Origin: an uncultured Candidatus Saccharibacteria bacterium
Lineage (GTDB): Bacteria; Patescibacteriota; Minisyncoccia; UBA6257; 2-01-FULL-56-20
Direction: 5' to 3'
Length of the DNA stretch: 64,000 nt
Assembly (NCBI GenBank): GCA_964505005.1
Contig: CAZDFQ010000001.1
Span: 50,458-114,457, forward strand
Shown: positions 45,462 to 53,552 of the stretch, piece by piece
Layout of the letters: the number at the start of each line of letters is the position of its first letter
Position numbering within the stretch: the stretch's first letter is position 1
Notes under the pieces: generated by a model
Told to the model about the DNA's origin: nothing
Seen by the model: only the letters and a program-made list of their open reading frames with translations
Databases searched by the model: none
Made by a program: the position numbers and the translations under genes

Positions 45462-47296
45462 TCGACGGTCACGCTTTTTGCCAAATTGCGCGGTTTATCG
45501 ACATCGCGTCCCAATCTCACAGCCAGATGATAAGCGAAAAGGTGAAGCGGCATGACCGAAAGAAGCGGCGTCAGCATTTCCAAAGTTTTCGGAATGTAAA
45601 TTATATCGTCGGCCAATTCGGCAACTTTTTTGTCGCCGGCTGTCGCAATGGCGATTATTTTCCCATGGCGGGCTTTTACTTCTTGGGCATTGGAAAAATT
45701 TTTCTCATACAGGCTGTCGCTCGGCATAATAAAAAAGGAGGGAAAGTCTTTATCGATAAGGGCAATCGGGCCATGTTTCATTTCGCCGGCGCCGTAGCCC
45801 TCGGCGTGAATGTAAGAAACCTCTTTAAGTTTCAAGGCGCCTTCCAGAGCAATGGGATAATTGTATTTTCTGCCCAAAAAGAAAAAATCTCGCGCTTCAG
45901 AATATTTATCCGCCAATTTTTTTATTTTTGCGTTTTCTTTTAGAACTTGCCGCATCTTCTCTGGCAATTCTTGAAGTTCCCTGACAATCCGTTTGCCCAT
46001 TGTCAGAGACATTCCCCGTTGTCTTCCCAAAAAAAGCGTCAAAAGAGCCAGAACAGCCAGCTGGGAAGCGAAGGCCTTGGTGGAGGCAACGGCGATTTCC
46101 GGACCGGCATGATTATACACGCCGGCCTCGGTGAGGCGGCTGATGCTTGAACCCACGGTGTTCACGATGCCCAAAGTAAGGATGCCTTTTCGCTTCGCTT
46201 CCTCGAGTGCCGCCAACGTATCCGCCGTTTCTCCGGACTGGCTCACTGCCAGAAGAGCGGTGGCCGGCAGAAACGCTGCTTCGCGATAGCGCAGTTCAGA
46301 AGCCGAATGCACTTCAACAGGAAGATGAGCATAGGCCTCAAGCATATATTCGCCCACCAGCGCCGCGTAATAAGCAGTTCCGCATCCCGTTATGACGAGA
46401 TTTTTAATGTTCCGCAGCTCTTTTTCCGAATTTTCCAAGCCGCCAAGTTTGGCCAGTCCGTCTTTCGGTATCAGTCGGCCGCGGAGCGCGTTTTCGACTG
46501 CTTCCGGTTCTTCGAATATTTCTTTGAGCATAAAATGCGGGAAACCCTGTTTTGAAATGCGGGCAACATCCCATTCAATGGTCTGCGCTGTTCTCTTTAC
46601 TTCTTTCAGACCGGCGGAGAAAATCCGGCAGCTGTTCCTCTCTATTACTGCGCACTCGCCATCATTCAGGTAAACCACCTCTCGCGTGTACGGAACAATG
46701 GCTGAAGCATCGGAGGCGACGAAATATTCACCTTTACCTAAGCCTAAAATGAGCGGACTGGACTCGCGCACGGCCACAATTTTTTCTTCCGAGGAACTAA
46801 GAATAACGAGAGCATACGAACCCTTGAGAAGATGCCTTGCTTGGAATACTGCTTCCGCAAGCGTCGTTGACGGCTTCCGTTTCATTATTTCTTCAAGCAA
46901 ATGCGGTACTACCTCGGTATCCGTTTCGGAACTGAACTTGTGCCCCAATTTTTTAAGTCGCAAACGTAATTCTTTGTAGTTCTCGACAATGCCGTTATGC
47001 GCCACGAAAATGTTCTTCCGGCAATCGGAATGCGGATGGGCGTTCCGGTCGGACGGCTCGCCGTGGGTTGCCCAGCGAGTGTGGAAAATACCGATGCCAT
47101 AGTCTTTTTCGAGCGGCAATTTCGGCTCCAGGGCAGAGATTCTTCCTTTCGATTTTCTCGAAAAAATCTTTCCTTTGCCGTTCCACAAGGCCGCCCCGGC
47201 GCTGTCATAGCCGCGATATTCCAGCCGTTTCAACCCCTCAAGGAGTTCAGCGAGCGGTTTTTTATTTTCGCCGATGTAACCAAAAATGCCGCACAT
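45458..47296 (-). CDS. glmS: glutamine--fructose-6-phosphate aminotransferase
   Basis: 612 aa; MCGIFGYIG Ntn-amidotransferase start, two SIS domains, C-terminal ...KPRNLAKSVTVE. Confidence 0.9.
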   Translation of the reverse strand: MCGIFGYIGENKKPLAELLEGLKRLEYRGYDSAGAALWNGKGKIFSRKSKGRISALEPKLPLEKDYGIGIFHTRWATHGEPSDRNAHPHSDCRKNIFVAHNGIVENYKELRLRLKKLGHKFSSETDTEVVPHLLEEIMKRKPSTTLAEAVFQARHLLKGSYALVILSSSEEKIVAVRESSPLILGLGKGEYFVASDASAIVPYTREVVYLNDGECAVIERNSCRIFSAGLKEVKRTAQTIEWDVARISKQGFPHFMLKEIFEEPEAVENALRGRLIPKDGLAKLGGLENSEKELRNIKNLVITGCGTAYYAALVGEYMLEAYAHLPVEVHSASELRYREAAFLPATALLAVSQSGETADTLAALEEAKRKGILTLGIVNTVGSSISRLTEAGVYNHAGPEIAVASTKAFASQLAVLALLTLFLGRQRGMSLTMGKRIVRELQELPEKMRQVLKENAKIKKLADKYSEARDFFFLGRKYNYPIALEGALKLKEVSYIHAEGYGAGEMKHGPIALIDKDFPSFFIMPSDSLYEKNFSNAQEVKARHGKIIAIATAGDKKVAELADDIIYIPKTLEMLTPLLSVMPLHLFAYHLAVRLGRDVDKPRNLAKSVTVE

Positions 47297-47465
47297 ACTT
47301 TAAAAATCCAAATTTCAAAATCCAAATGACAAATTAATAACTAAAATTCAAAAAGTTTTTGACTTTTGGGCTTTGGATTTGATTTGAAATTTGGGCTTTG
47401 AAATTCGCCATTTAGGCTGTTTTGTTTGATGCCAAAAGACGAATAATAGATTTATAAGATGGGCT
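47297..47465. repeat. composite palindromic intergenic repeat (family 1, CCAAAT/ATTTGG variant)
   Basis: aaaaatccaaatttcaaaatccaaatgacaaatt...tttgggctttggatttgatttgaaatttgggctttgaaattcgcc. Confidence 0.65.
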
Positions 47466-48503
47466 TTAAAGCAACGACAAAATAACTTTAGCGAGTTTCC
47501 TGTGGCTGTGACGGATGAATTTCCCAGAATCAAGGAGGTCGGTTAAAATATACTTTGGCTTTTTTTGTTTCAAATTAACCCCGCACCTTTTGGTGAACGA
47601 ATCTCGTGTTTTTTTTATGTGGAGCGGTCTTCGCGTGAGCTTCCTGCTAAAAGGTGCGGGGTTAAGACCGGCAGGGTCCACGAATTCGGATTTTTCTTTT
47701 TGATAGCGTTGAAGGATGCGCTGGGGCGGTTTTTTATTATTAAAAATAACATAATCTATAACTCCTTTTCCTAAATAGGTTTCGAGGGCCTGGATAAAAT
47801 CGGCTGCCCGGAAGTTGTGAGTTTCGCCGAATTTCGTCATTAAATTTGCGATATAAACTTTTTTGGCTTTTGATTTTCGGATTTCCTCGGGCAGGCCTTT
47901 AACCAGCAAATTGGGAATTAAGCTCGTGTAAAGGTCGCCGGGGCCAAGGATAATCAGGTCGACGTTTTTCAGAATTTTCTTTATCCTCGGGTTCATCCTG
48001 GCGGCTGGCTCGAGCCAAATTTTTTTAATGGCTGACCTCGCCGAACTTTTCGGAATGTCGATATTCGTTTCTCCTTTCAGGGTCTTGCCGTCGGCAAGCT
48101 TGGCATAAAGCCGGACATTGTCCAAAGTTACCGGCACCACCTCGCCTCGAATGTTCAAAACCTGCGAGGCCTCGCGAACCGCTGAAGCAAAATCACCGGT
48201 CATTTTCTCCAGGGCGCTCAAAAATAAATTACCTAAACTGTGACCATGCAAACTGCCTTGGCTGAAACGGTAATTAAAAAGCTCGCGGAGTGTTTCGCTT
48301 GATTCGGAAAGAGCCACCAGCACCCGCCTTATGTCTCCGGGCGGCAACACGCCGTACTGGTCCCGTAATATGCCGCTGGAACCGCCGTCATCAGCCATGG
48401 AAACGACGGCAGTCAAATTAACCGGATAGGGCTTAAGCGCGGTTAAAACTGCGAAATTGCCAGTGCCGCCGCCGATGGTAACAACATTTTTTCTTCTCAT
48501 CAT
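47466..48503 (-). CDS. CofD/YvcK (UPF0052) family protein with C-terminal extension encoded by a hairpin-forming insert
   Basis: 345 aa; MMRRKNVVTIGGGTGNFAVLTALK...MADDGGSSG; C-terminal ~60 aa encoded by 47560-47700 containing CCCCGCACCTTTT...AAAAGGTGCGGGG 13-bp inverted repeat. Confidence 0.7.
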   Translation of the reverse strand: MMRRKNVVTIGGGTGNFAVLTALKPYPVNLTAVVSMADDGGSSGILRDQYGVLPPGDIRRVLVALSESSETLRELFNYRFSQGSLHGHSLGNLFLSALEKMTGDFASAVREASQVLNIRGEVVPVTLDNVRLYAKLADGKTLKGETNIDIPKSSARSAIKKIWLEPAARMNPRIKKILKNVDLIILGPGDLYTSLIPNLLVKGLPEEIRKSKAKKVYIANLMTKFGETHNFRAADFIQALETYLGKGVIDYVIFNNKKPPQRILQRYQKEKSEFVDPAGLNPAPFSRKLTRRPLHIKKTRDSFTKRCGVNLKQKKPKYILTDLLDSGKFIRHSHRKLAKVILSLL

Positions 48504-48598
48504 TTATATCATACCTAAATTCGTCATCATTGCCATATTAAAAGCGCCGCTCTAAAAACAACGCACCCCGCCTGACGCAAATCAGCCAAACGGGGTGG

Positions 48599-48850
48599 TT
48601 AGGTTGAACTTTTCGCGGACTTTACATAGTGGTGATGGCCGCCGGAAAAGCACGAGGAACATATCTCTTTCTCTGTCAGGGGGTCTTTGACGATGTTCCT
48701 CCTTTTTTGCCCGCAGATTGCACATTCGCGGAGTGGATTTATTCTGTCCCTCCACTCCCGCAGATAGTGCTTCCTGCAGAGTCCATCGGCGAAGACCTCG
48801 TCGCCGCATCTGCGGCAGTGCCGGCCGCTATTCCTACTATTCTTAGGCAT
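48599..48850 (-). CDS. small zinc-ribbon protein (CxxCGDEV family), GC-rich islet
   Basis: SD AAAAAAGGAGGAAGCG then MPKNSRNSGRHCRRCGDEVFADGLCRKHYLREW...CAICGQKRRN...CSSCFSGGHHHY; the 120-aa ORF-track call (48599..48961) re-split at this internal SD-supported start. Confidence 0.4.
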   Translation of the reverse strand: MPKNSRNSGRHCRRCGDEVFADGLCRKHYLREWRDRINPLRECAICGQKRRNIVKDPLTEKEICSSCFSGGHHHYVKSAKSST

Positions 48851-49019
48851 CGCTTCCTCCTTTTTTGCCAGCGGCTTTGCATCGGCTCTCCCCGCACTTC
48901 TCGCAGAAGTGCTTCGTTCTACTCTTAGTTCTACAGATGAAGCGCGGTACCGCTTCTCCATCTTTTAATTGGATACGGAGGCGGCACTGGTCGCAAAAGA
49001 ACAGCCCGTTTATCTGCAT
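48843..49019 (-). CDS. small zinc-ribbon protein (58 aa), stop overlaps downstream start by 8 nt (ATGCCTAA)
   Basis: SD AAGGAGGCAGTTTGAT then MQINGLFFCDQCRLRIQLKDGEAVPRFICRTKSRTKHFCEKCGESRCKAAGKKGGSDA; read by eye. Confidence 0.35.
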   Translation of the reverse strand: MQINGLFFCDQCRLRIQLKDGEAVPRFICRTKSRTKHFCEKCGESRCKAAGKKGGSDA

Positions 49020-49260
49020 ATCAAACTGCCTCCTTCCCGGCTCTTAGCCGAGAGTATTGTCCTGGGTTTAATTGCCCTTTATGAAAAGCTGCAACTTCCC
49101 AGAAAGGATAATCAAAATTTTATCTTTAAATTTATAAAATCGGGATTTATATGCAAAGAGAGGTTGCGAAGCAACCGGCTGAAAACCCCGTGTTGGAAGA
49201 TAGGAGCGAAGCGACGTAAGAAACCCGAGGGTGTCTTAAGCGGGGGTCGGGGTTTTCAGG

Positions 49261-49549
49261 TGCCGCGGGGGTGAATCGAACACCCGACGCCATGCTCTTC
49301 CATAAGGACTATATCATCATCCGGTTTTCAAACGGATGCGAGGCGCTTCCTCCGACGTAACGTCGGCGTACTCCCAAAGGGATAGTCTCTACACCTGCCC
49401 CGGCTAATGTCGGGGATTGGCTCGGGATTGTCCGCCCCATCCGTAGATGCCGGCGGAGTTCCCCCGAATTCACCTCGTTTTCATCTAAGCATTACTGCTT
49501 AGCGGCCCGAAGATTCCAGGCATGCGCTCTACCACTGAGCTACCGCGGC
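49261..49549 (-). tRNA. tRNA (probably Phe, anticodon GAA after splicing) interrupted by a ~217-nt group I intron in the anticodon loop
   Basis: 5' exon GCCGCGGTAGCTCAGTGGTAGAGCGCATGCCT (49549-49518), 3' exon GAAGAGCATGGCGTCGGGTGTTCGATTCACCCCCGCGGCA (49300-49261); intron (49517-49301) ends in G, preceding exon ends in U, and contains GGTGTAGAGACTA and CCGAGCCAA, near-identical to the Azoarcus tRNA-Ile group I (IC3) intron core; exon junction and anticodon are inferred. Confidence 0.65.
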
Positions 49550-49736
49550 AGTACTCGTTAATGATAACAAATTAGATTGAGCTTTCAAATAGAAACCCTT
49601 AAAGCGTTCCGCAACAGATCTGTTGGTAGCAGGACGGCGGTCATTTATTAAGGTCATAGATAACTCCGTAGTGTTATGCTACAGCATAACACCCGCCAAT
49701 ACTCTCTTTTTGCTTTCTACCACGATGAATTCATAT

Positions 49737-50867
49737 TCACTTCTTCAGCTTCAAAATCATCCTTCTTTCTGCCGGCTTGATGGAATCAATGACAAATTGA
49801 TAAGTTCCGCCCGCAGTCAGCGCTTTTTTCATTTCCTCGCCGCCTCCGAACTCGGAGATATGAATCAATCCCTGCAGGCCTTTTTCGGTGTCAATGACCG
49901 CGCCGAAAGGATTGAGTTTATAGACCTTGCCGGAAATTTCCTGCCCCGGCTGATAATATTCTCCCGCTTTCTCCCACGGGTCTGGTTTCAAGGCTTTCAG
50001 CGAAAGGAAAACCCGGCTGTCGCGGATATCAATAATCTTCACCTTCACCGGTTCATCCAGTTTGACTACCTCTTTGGGATTTTCAATCAGGCGGTAATCA
50101 ATTTCCGAGATATGGACCAGGCCTTCGATTTGAGGATTGTCGACGAAACGGACGAAAACCCCGAAATCAGCTATTCCGGAAACCACGCCGTCCACCACCT
50201 GCCCGACTTGATAATTGGCGAGCAGTTCCTTGATGTTGGCCGCTACTATTTCCCGCTCGGAGATTATGAGTTTATTGGCCCGGGGATTAACGGTAATCAC
50301 TTTGACATTGAATTCTTCTCCGATAAACTTTCTGAGCGCTTCGAGATTCTTCTGCTGGTCGCCTTCGGTGTTTTTCGGATAATGCTCCTGGGAAAGCTGA
50401 GAGGCCGGCAGAAAGGCCTTCAATCCAAAAAGGTCGGCAACCAAGCCGCCGGAATTGGCGCCGGTTATTTTCACCTTGATGATTTCGCCGCTTTCCTGAA
50501 GTTCCTGGAGCTGCTGCCAGATGCGCTGTTTGCCGGTTTCCGACAATGAAAGTTCGACATAACCGCCTTCGCCTTCAAGGTTTTCTATTCTCGCCATCAC
50601 TTTATCGCCGGGATTAAGTTTTTTGATTATATCTCTGGCGTTAAGCAGCTCGGCACCGTAAACAATACCGGTGCCGAACCGGCCCAGGTCAAAGAAAATC
50701 TGGCGCTGCTCTTTTCGCAGAAGCTCGACTTCAACCACTTCGCCCTCGCGGAGCCGGGCTCCGGAAAACTCATTTTTAAGGGCTTGAAGAAGTGCTGAAT
50801 TCGATTTGTTGTTTTTCTCGTTGACTGGCATGCGAAATATCATAGAAATTCGTTCGTAAAAAATCAA
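49737..50867 (-). CDS. rpsA: 30S ribosomal protein S1 (four S1 domains)
   Basis: 376 aa (likely start at internal MPVNEKNN, ~50831); repeated S1-domain pattern G.V.G.V..I..FG.FV. Confidence 0.8.
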   Translation of the reverse strand: MIFYERISMIFRMPVNEKNNKSNSALLQALKNEFSGARLREGEVVEVELLRKEQRQIFFDLGRFGTGIVYGAELLNARDIIKKLNPGDKVMARIENLEGEGGYVELSLSETGKQRIWQQLQELQESGEIIKVKITGANSGGLVADLFGLKAFLPASQLSQEHYPKNTEGDQQKNLEALRKFIGEEFNVKVITVNPRANKLIISEREIVAANIKELLANYQVGQVVDGVVSGIADFGVFVRFVDNPQIEGLVHISEIDYRLIENPKEVVKLDEPVKVKIIDIRDSRVFLSLKALKPDPWEKAGEYYQPGQEISGKVYKLNPFGAVIDTEKGLQGLIHISEFGGGEEMKKALTAGGTYQFVIDSIKPAERRMILKLKK

Positions 50868-51016
50868 GGGTGGAAATAAACAGCGTAAAATTGCCTTGTC
50901 GCAAAAATTAGAGTATAGTTATTCTGAAAACAGAATGCCAAACCACGAATGGATGCGAATACCGCGAATAAAAACTCAATTCGGATGCATTCGTAGTCAT
51001 TCGTAGCATTTGTAGC

Positions 51017-51931
51017 ATGAAAATCATCGGCGAAAAAATCAGATGGATTGACATTCAGCAGCCCGCGGAGGGAGACATCAACTGGCTGCAGAAAAATTTT
51101 AGTTTCCATCCGCTGATTATTAAGGAATTGAAGAAATCGTCGGCTCGTTCGAAAGTTGATGCATTCGACGACTATCTCTATCTCATTTATCATCTTCCGG
51201 TTTATGACTCTTTGGAAAAAGTTTCGCGGCGTTCGGAAATCGATTTTTTGCTTACCAAGAACGATGTCATTACGGTGCATTACGACGACATCGAAGTATT
51301 TTCCGATTTCCAAAAATCGCTGATGAATGAAGCCGCCGGCCGGCAGCTGAAAGAAAAAATCCCGGGAAACACCCTCAAACTGACTTACGAACTTCTCAGC
51401 CGGCTTATCAATTTTCATCAGCGGCAGCTGAACCACGTCGAGGAAGAAGTCGAAGACATCGGCAATGAGCTTTTCAAAAACAAGGAAAAAGAACTCCTGA
51501 AAAAAATTTCTTACGCCAAGCGGAACATTTCCGAATACCAACTGATTGTCAAGCCTCAGCAGCATCTTTTCAGTTCTTTTCTCGAAAGCGGGTCGAATTT
51601 CTGGGGCAAAGAAAGCCGGGTTTATTTAGCCGACTTGGCCGGCGAATACCTGAAGCTTCTCCAGCGGCTCGAGTCGTCCCGCGAGGCCGTCACCGATTTT
51701 GAAACCACCAACAACCAGTTGATGGATATGAAAACCAATGAAATTATGAAGACCTTTACGATTCTGGCGTTTTCCACTTTTCCGTTGGTGCTGCTGGCCG
51801 GAATTTTCTCGATGAAGACCGCTGGCGTGCCTCTGACAAACAACCCGGCTGGTTTCTGGATTGTGGTCGGCATTATGGCAGCCGTTCTTGTTCTGATGTT
51901 CATTTATTTCAAGCGCAAACGTTGGCTCTGA
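51017..51931 (+). CDS. CorA-like divalent-cation transporter with non-canonical pore motif (SMK instead of GMN)
   Basis: 304 aa; CorA architecture: long cytoplasmic domain, two C-terminal TM helices, AGIFSMKTAG where GMN is expected, terminal KRKRW. Confidence 0.55.
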   Translation: MKIIGEKIRWIDIQQPAEGDINWLQKNFSFHPLIIKELKKSSARSKVDAFDDYLYLIYHLPVYDSLEKVSRRSEIDFLLTKNDVITVHYDDIEVFSDFQKSLMNEAAGRQLKEKIPGNTLKLTYELLSRLINFHQRQLNHVEEEVEDIGNELFKNKEKELLKKISYAKRNISEYQLIVKPQQHLFSSFLESGSNFWGKESRVYLADLAGEYLKLLQRLESSREAVTDFETTNNQLMDMKTNEIMKTFTILAFSTFPLVLLAGIFSMKTAGVPLTNNPAGFWIVVGIMAAVLVLMFIYFKRKRWL

Positions 51932-52020
51932 TTTTAAATTTCTAAATTCTAATCTCTAATTTCTAATTTCTAAATAATCTCAAAATCCAAATTTCAAATT
52001 CTGAAACGAACGCCTGAATA
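51932..52020. repeat. intergenic repeat (family 1 units, single arm)
   Basis: ttttaaatttctaaattctaatctctaatttctaatttctaaataatctcaaaatccaaatttcaaattctg. Confidence 0.6.
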
Positions 52021-52103
52021 AATCCTGTTGACGCCATAAAAAAATTATGGCATTGTTTGGAGTAGATATTCGTAAGCAAAATAAGGGATAAATTCGGATA
52101 CAG

Positions 52104-52462
52104 GAAGGAGGTGAAGGGAGAAGCTGTTTGACAAGGGCGACCGTTTCGGTTGGGCGATGTAGCTGTCAGGGCGGGGTGACCGTTGGGGTTGGGCGAGCTG
52201 TACGGATGGGGTGACCATTCTCCGGGGGCGAGCTGTTTCATCTGGGTGGCCGTAATTGAGGGGCGCAGTAACCAACTCGCTAAGGAGGTGATGAGAGCTG
52301 TGTTTATGGGGTGACCGTTTATCCGGGGCGAGCTGTATGAGGTGGGTGGCCGTCTTGTGAGGGCGAGCTGTTCTTTAAGGGTGACCGTGGCCCATGGGTG
52401 AGCTGTTGTAGCAGGGTGACCGTAGAAAATGGGCGTAGTAACTACGCCGAAGGAGGAATGAA
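52104..52462. repeat. array of alternating short direct repeats R1 GGGCGAGCTGT and R2 GGGTGACCGT, each followed by a variable 7-mer (35-bp period, ~8 units), upstream of the IS110-like ORF
   Basis: e.g. gggcgagctgt-acggatg-gggtgaccat-tctccgg-gggcgagctgt-ttcatct-gggtggccgt-aattgag...; units 1, 5 and the last are split by SD-containing inserts (AAGGAGGTGA...). Confidence 0.75.
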
Positions 52463-53248
52463 ATGGAGACGAGGAAGACGGGGCTGAACGAGTTGGAAGA
52501 GCGGATCGTCGTGGCTGCGTACAAGCTGGTGGAAGCCCAGCGGCAGCGCGGCCGCATCGGCCGGATAATCGGCAGAATCAAGCCGACAGCTGGCCGAAAC
52601 GGTTGGAAGCCCAAGCCGCCTGGGCCACTCCGGCATCTCCGCGTCCAGGCCTTCGCCGAAGTCGGCTTCAGCGAACCCGAATACGAGGCCTGGGAGCCGA
52701 AGATCGAGGAGTACCGACAGGAGCTCCAGGCGCTCGTGCGTGAGCATCCGGTTTGGACCACTTGGGCTGTCAAGGTGCCGGGTCTTGGGAAGACGATGAC
52801 CGGCCTGGTAATGGCCGCCATCGGCGATGTGACGCGGGTGCACACCGCGTCCGGGCTCTGGAAGTCGTTTGGCCTCCATGTGGACAACGAGACCAAAATG
52901 GCGGTCAAGCCCCAACCCGGCGTACCCGGTACGCTTGGCCATCCGTTCGCCAGGAAAATCCTGGGCGTGATGCGGTCAACCTACTTCCGCATCGGCGCCA
53001 AGGGCCAGGGCGGTTTCTATTACGACCGCTACCTGGAGAAGCGCCGGGAGTACGACCAAGCGCATCCGGACTGGCCCGAAGGCCGGCGCCTGGGCGCGGC
53101 AATCCGCAAGTTCGAGAAACTTCTCCTCTCCCACATCTGGGAGGTGTGGAGAAGGTCCAAGGGCCTACCGGTGTTGCCGCCTTATGCCGTGGCCCAACCC
53201 TGGAGCCTGCACAAAAAAATCAGGCCCGAGGAAGCGATGGCGCAGTAA
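52463..53248 (+). CDS. IS110-family transposase C-terminal (Transposase_20-like, HhH/IGD) domain protein lacking the DEDD RuvC-like N-domain; Arg-rich N-terminus
   Basis: 261 aa; VKVPGLGKTMTGLVMAAIGDVTRVHTASGLWKSFGLHVDNETKMAVKPQPG fits IS110 C-domain (IPGIG..TA..L.AEIGD..RF.S...L..Y.GL.P....SG); N-term RQRGRIGRIIGRIKPTAGRNGWKPKPP; strong [18 protein letters not shown]; ~62% GC. Confidence 0.5.
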   Translation: METRKTGLNELEERIVVAAYKLVEAQRQRGRIGRIIGRIKPTAGRNGWKPKPPGPLRHLRVQAFAEVGFSEPEYEAWEPKIEEYRQELQALVREHPVWTTWAVKVPGLGKTMTGLVMAAIGDVTRVHTASGLWKSFGLHVDNETKMAVKPQPGVPGTLGHPFARKILGVMRSTYFRIGAKGQGGFYYDRYLEKRREYDQAHPDWPEGRRLGAAIRKFEKLLLSHIWEVWRRSKGLPVLPPYAVAQPWSLHKKIRPEEAMAQ

Positions 53249-53452
53249 GCCCGAAGGGTAAACTGTATGAATTGGGTGCCCGTACGTCTGGGGCGAGCTG
53301 TTTGCATTGGGTGACCGTTTTTGCGGGGCGAGCCGTACTACGCGGAGTGACCGTGGCCCGAGGGCGAGCTGTTTGACAAGGGCGACCGTGGTTGTTGGGC
53401 GAGCTGTGGGGGCTGGGTGACCGTTTCGAGAGGGCGCTGTTCAACAAAAGGA
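53249..53452. repeat. downstream array of the same R1/R2 + 7-mer units (~7 units)
   Basis: ggggcgagctgt-ttgcatt-gggtgaccgt-ttttgcg-gggcgagccgt-actacgc-ggagtgaccgt-ggcccga-gggcgagctgt-ttgacaa-gggcgaccgt-...; 7-mer ttgacaa also present in upstream array. Confidence 0.75.
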
Positions 53453-53454
53453 GG

Positions 53455-53495
53455 GCGGGCTTGCGCGAAACGCGCAAGCCCGCAACTATTTTTAT
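53455..53495 (+). terminator. rho-independent terminator closing the GC-rich islet
   Basis: GCGGGCTTGCGCG-aaa-CGCGCAAGCCCGC perfect 13-bp stem followed by aactATTTTTAT. Confidence 0.6.
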
Positions 53496-53552
53496 AATGA
53501 ACAAAGTCGAACTATTTATACCGCCTCGATTTTTTTATATAATGGAATTCGT

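Noticed and set aside
48599-48961. Single 120-aa ORF as listed in the track
   Set aside because: The N-terminal 37 codons overlap, in another frame, a separately SD-supported 58-aa zinc-ribbon ORF. An internal SD plus ATG at 48850 gives a cleaner 83-aa product. Re-split into two genes.
52104-53452. CRISPR array call for the R1/R2 + 7-mer arrays
   Set aside because: Repeats are only 10-11 bp and the variable segments 7 bp, far below CRISPR repeat/spacer sizes. No cas genes are nearby; the Cas4-like nuclease at 62912 is 9 kb away and isolated. Kept as an unusual repeat array instead.
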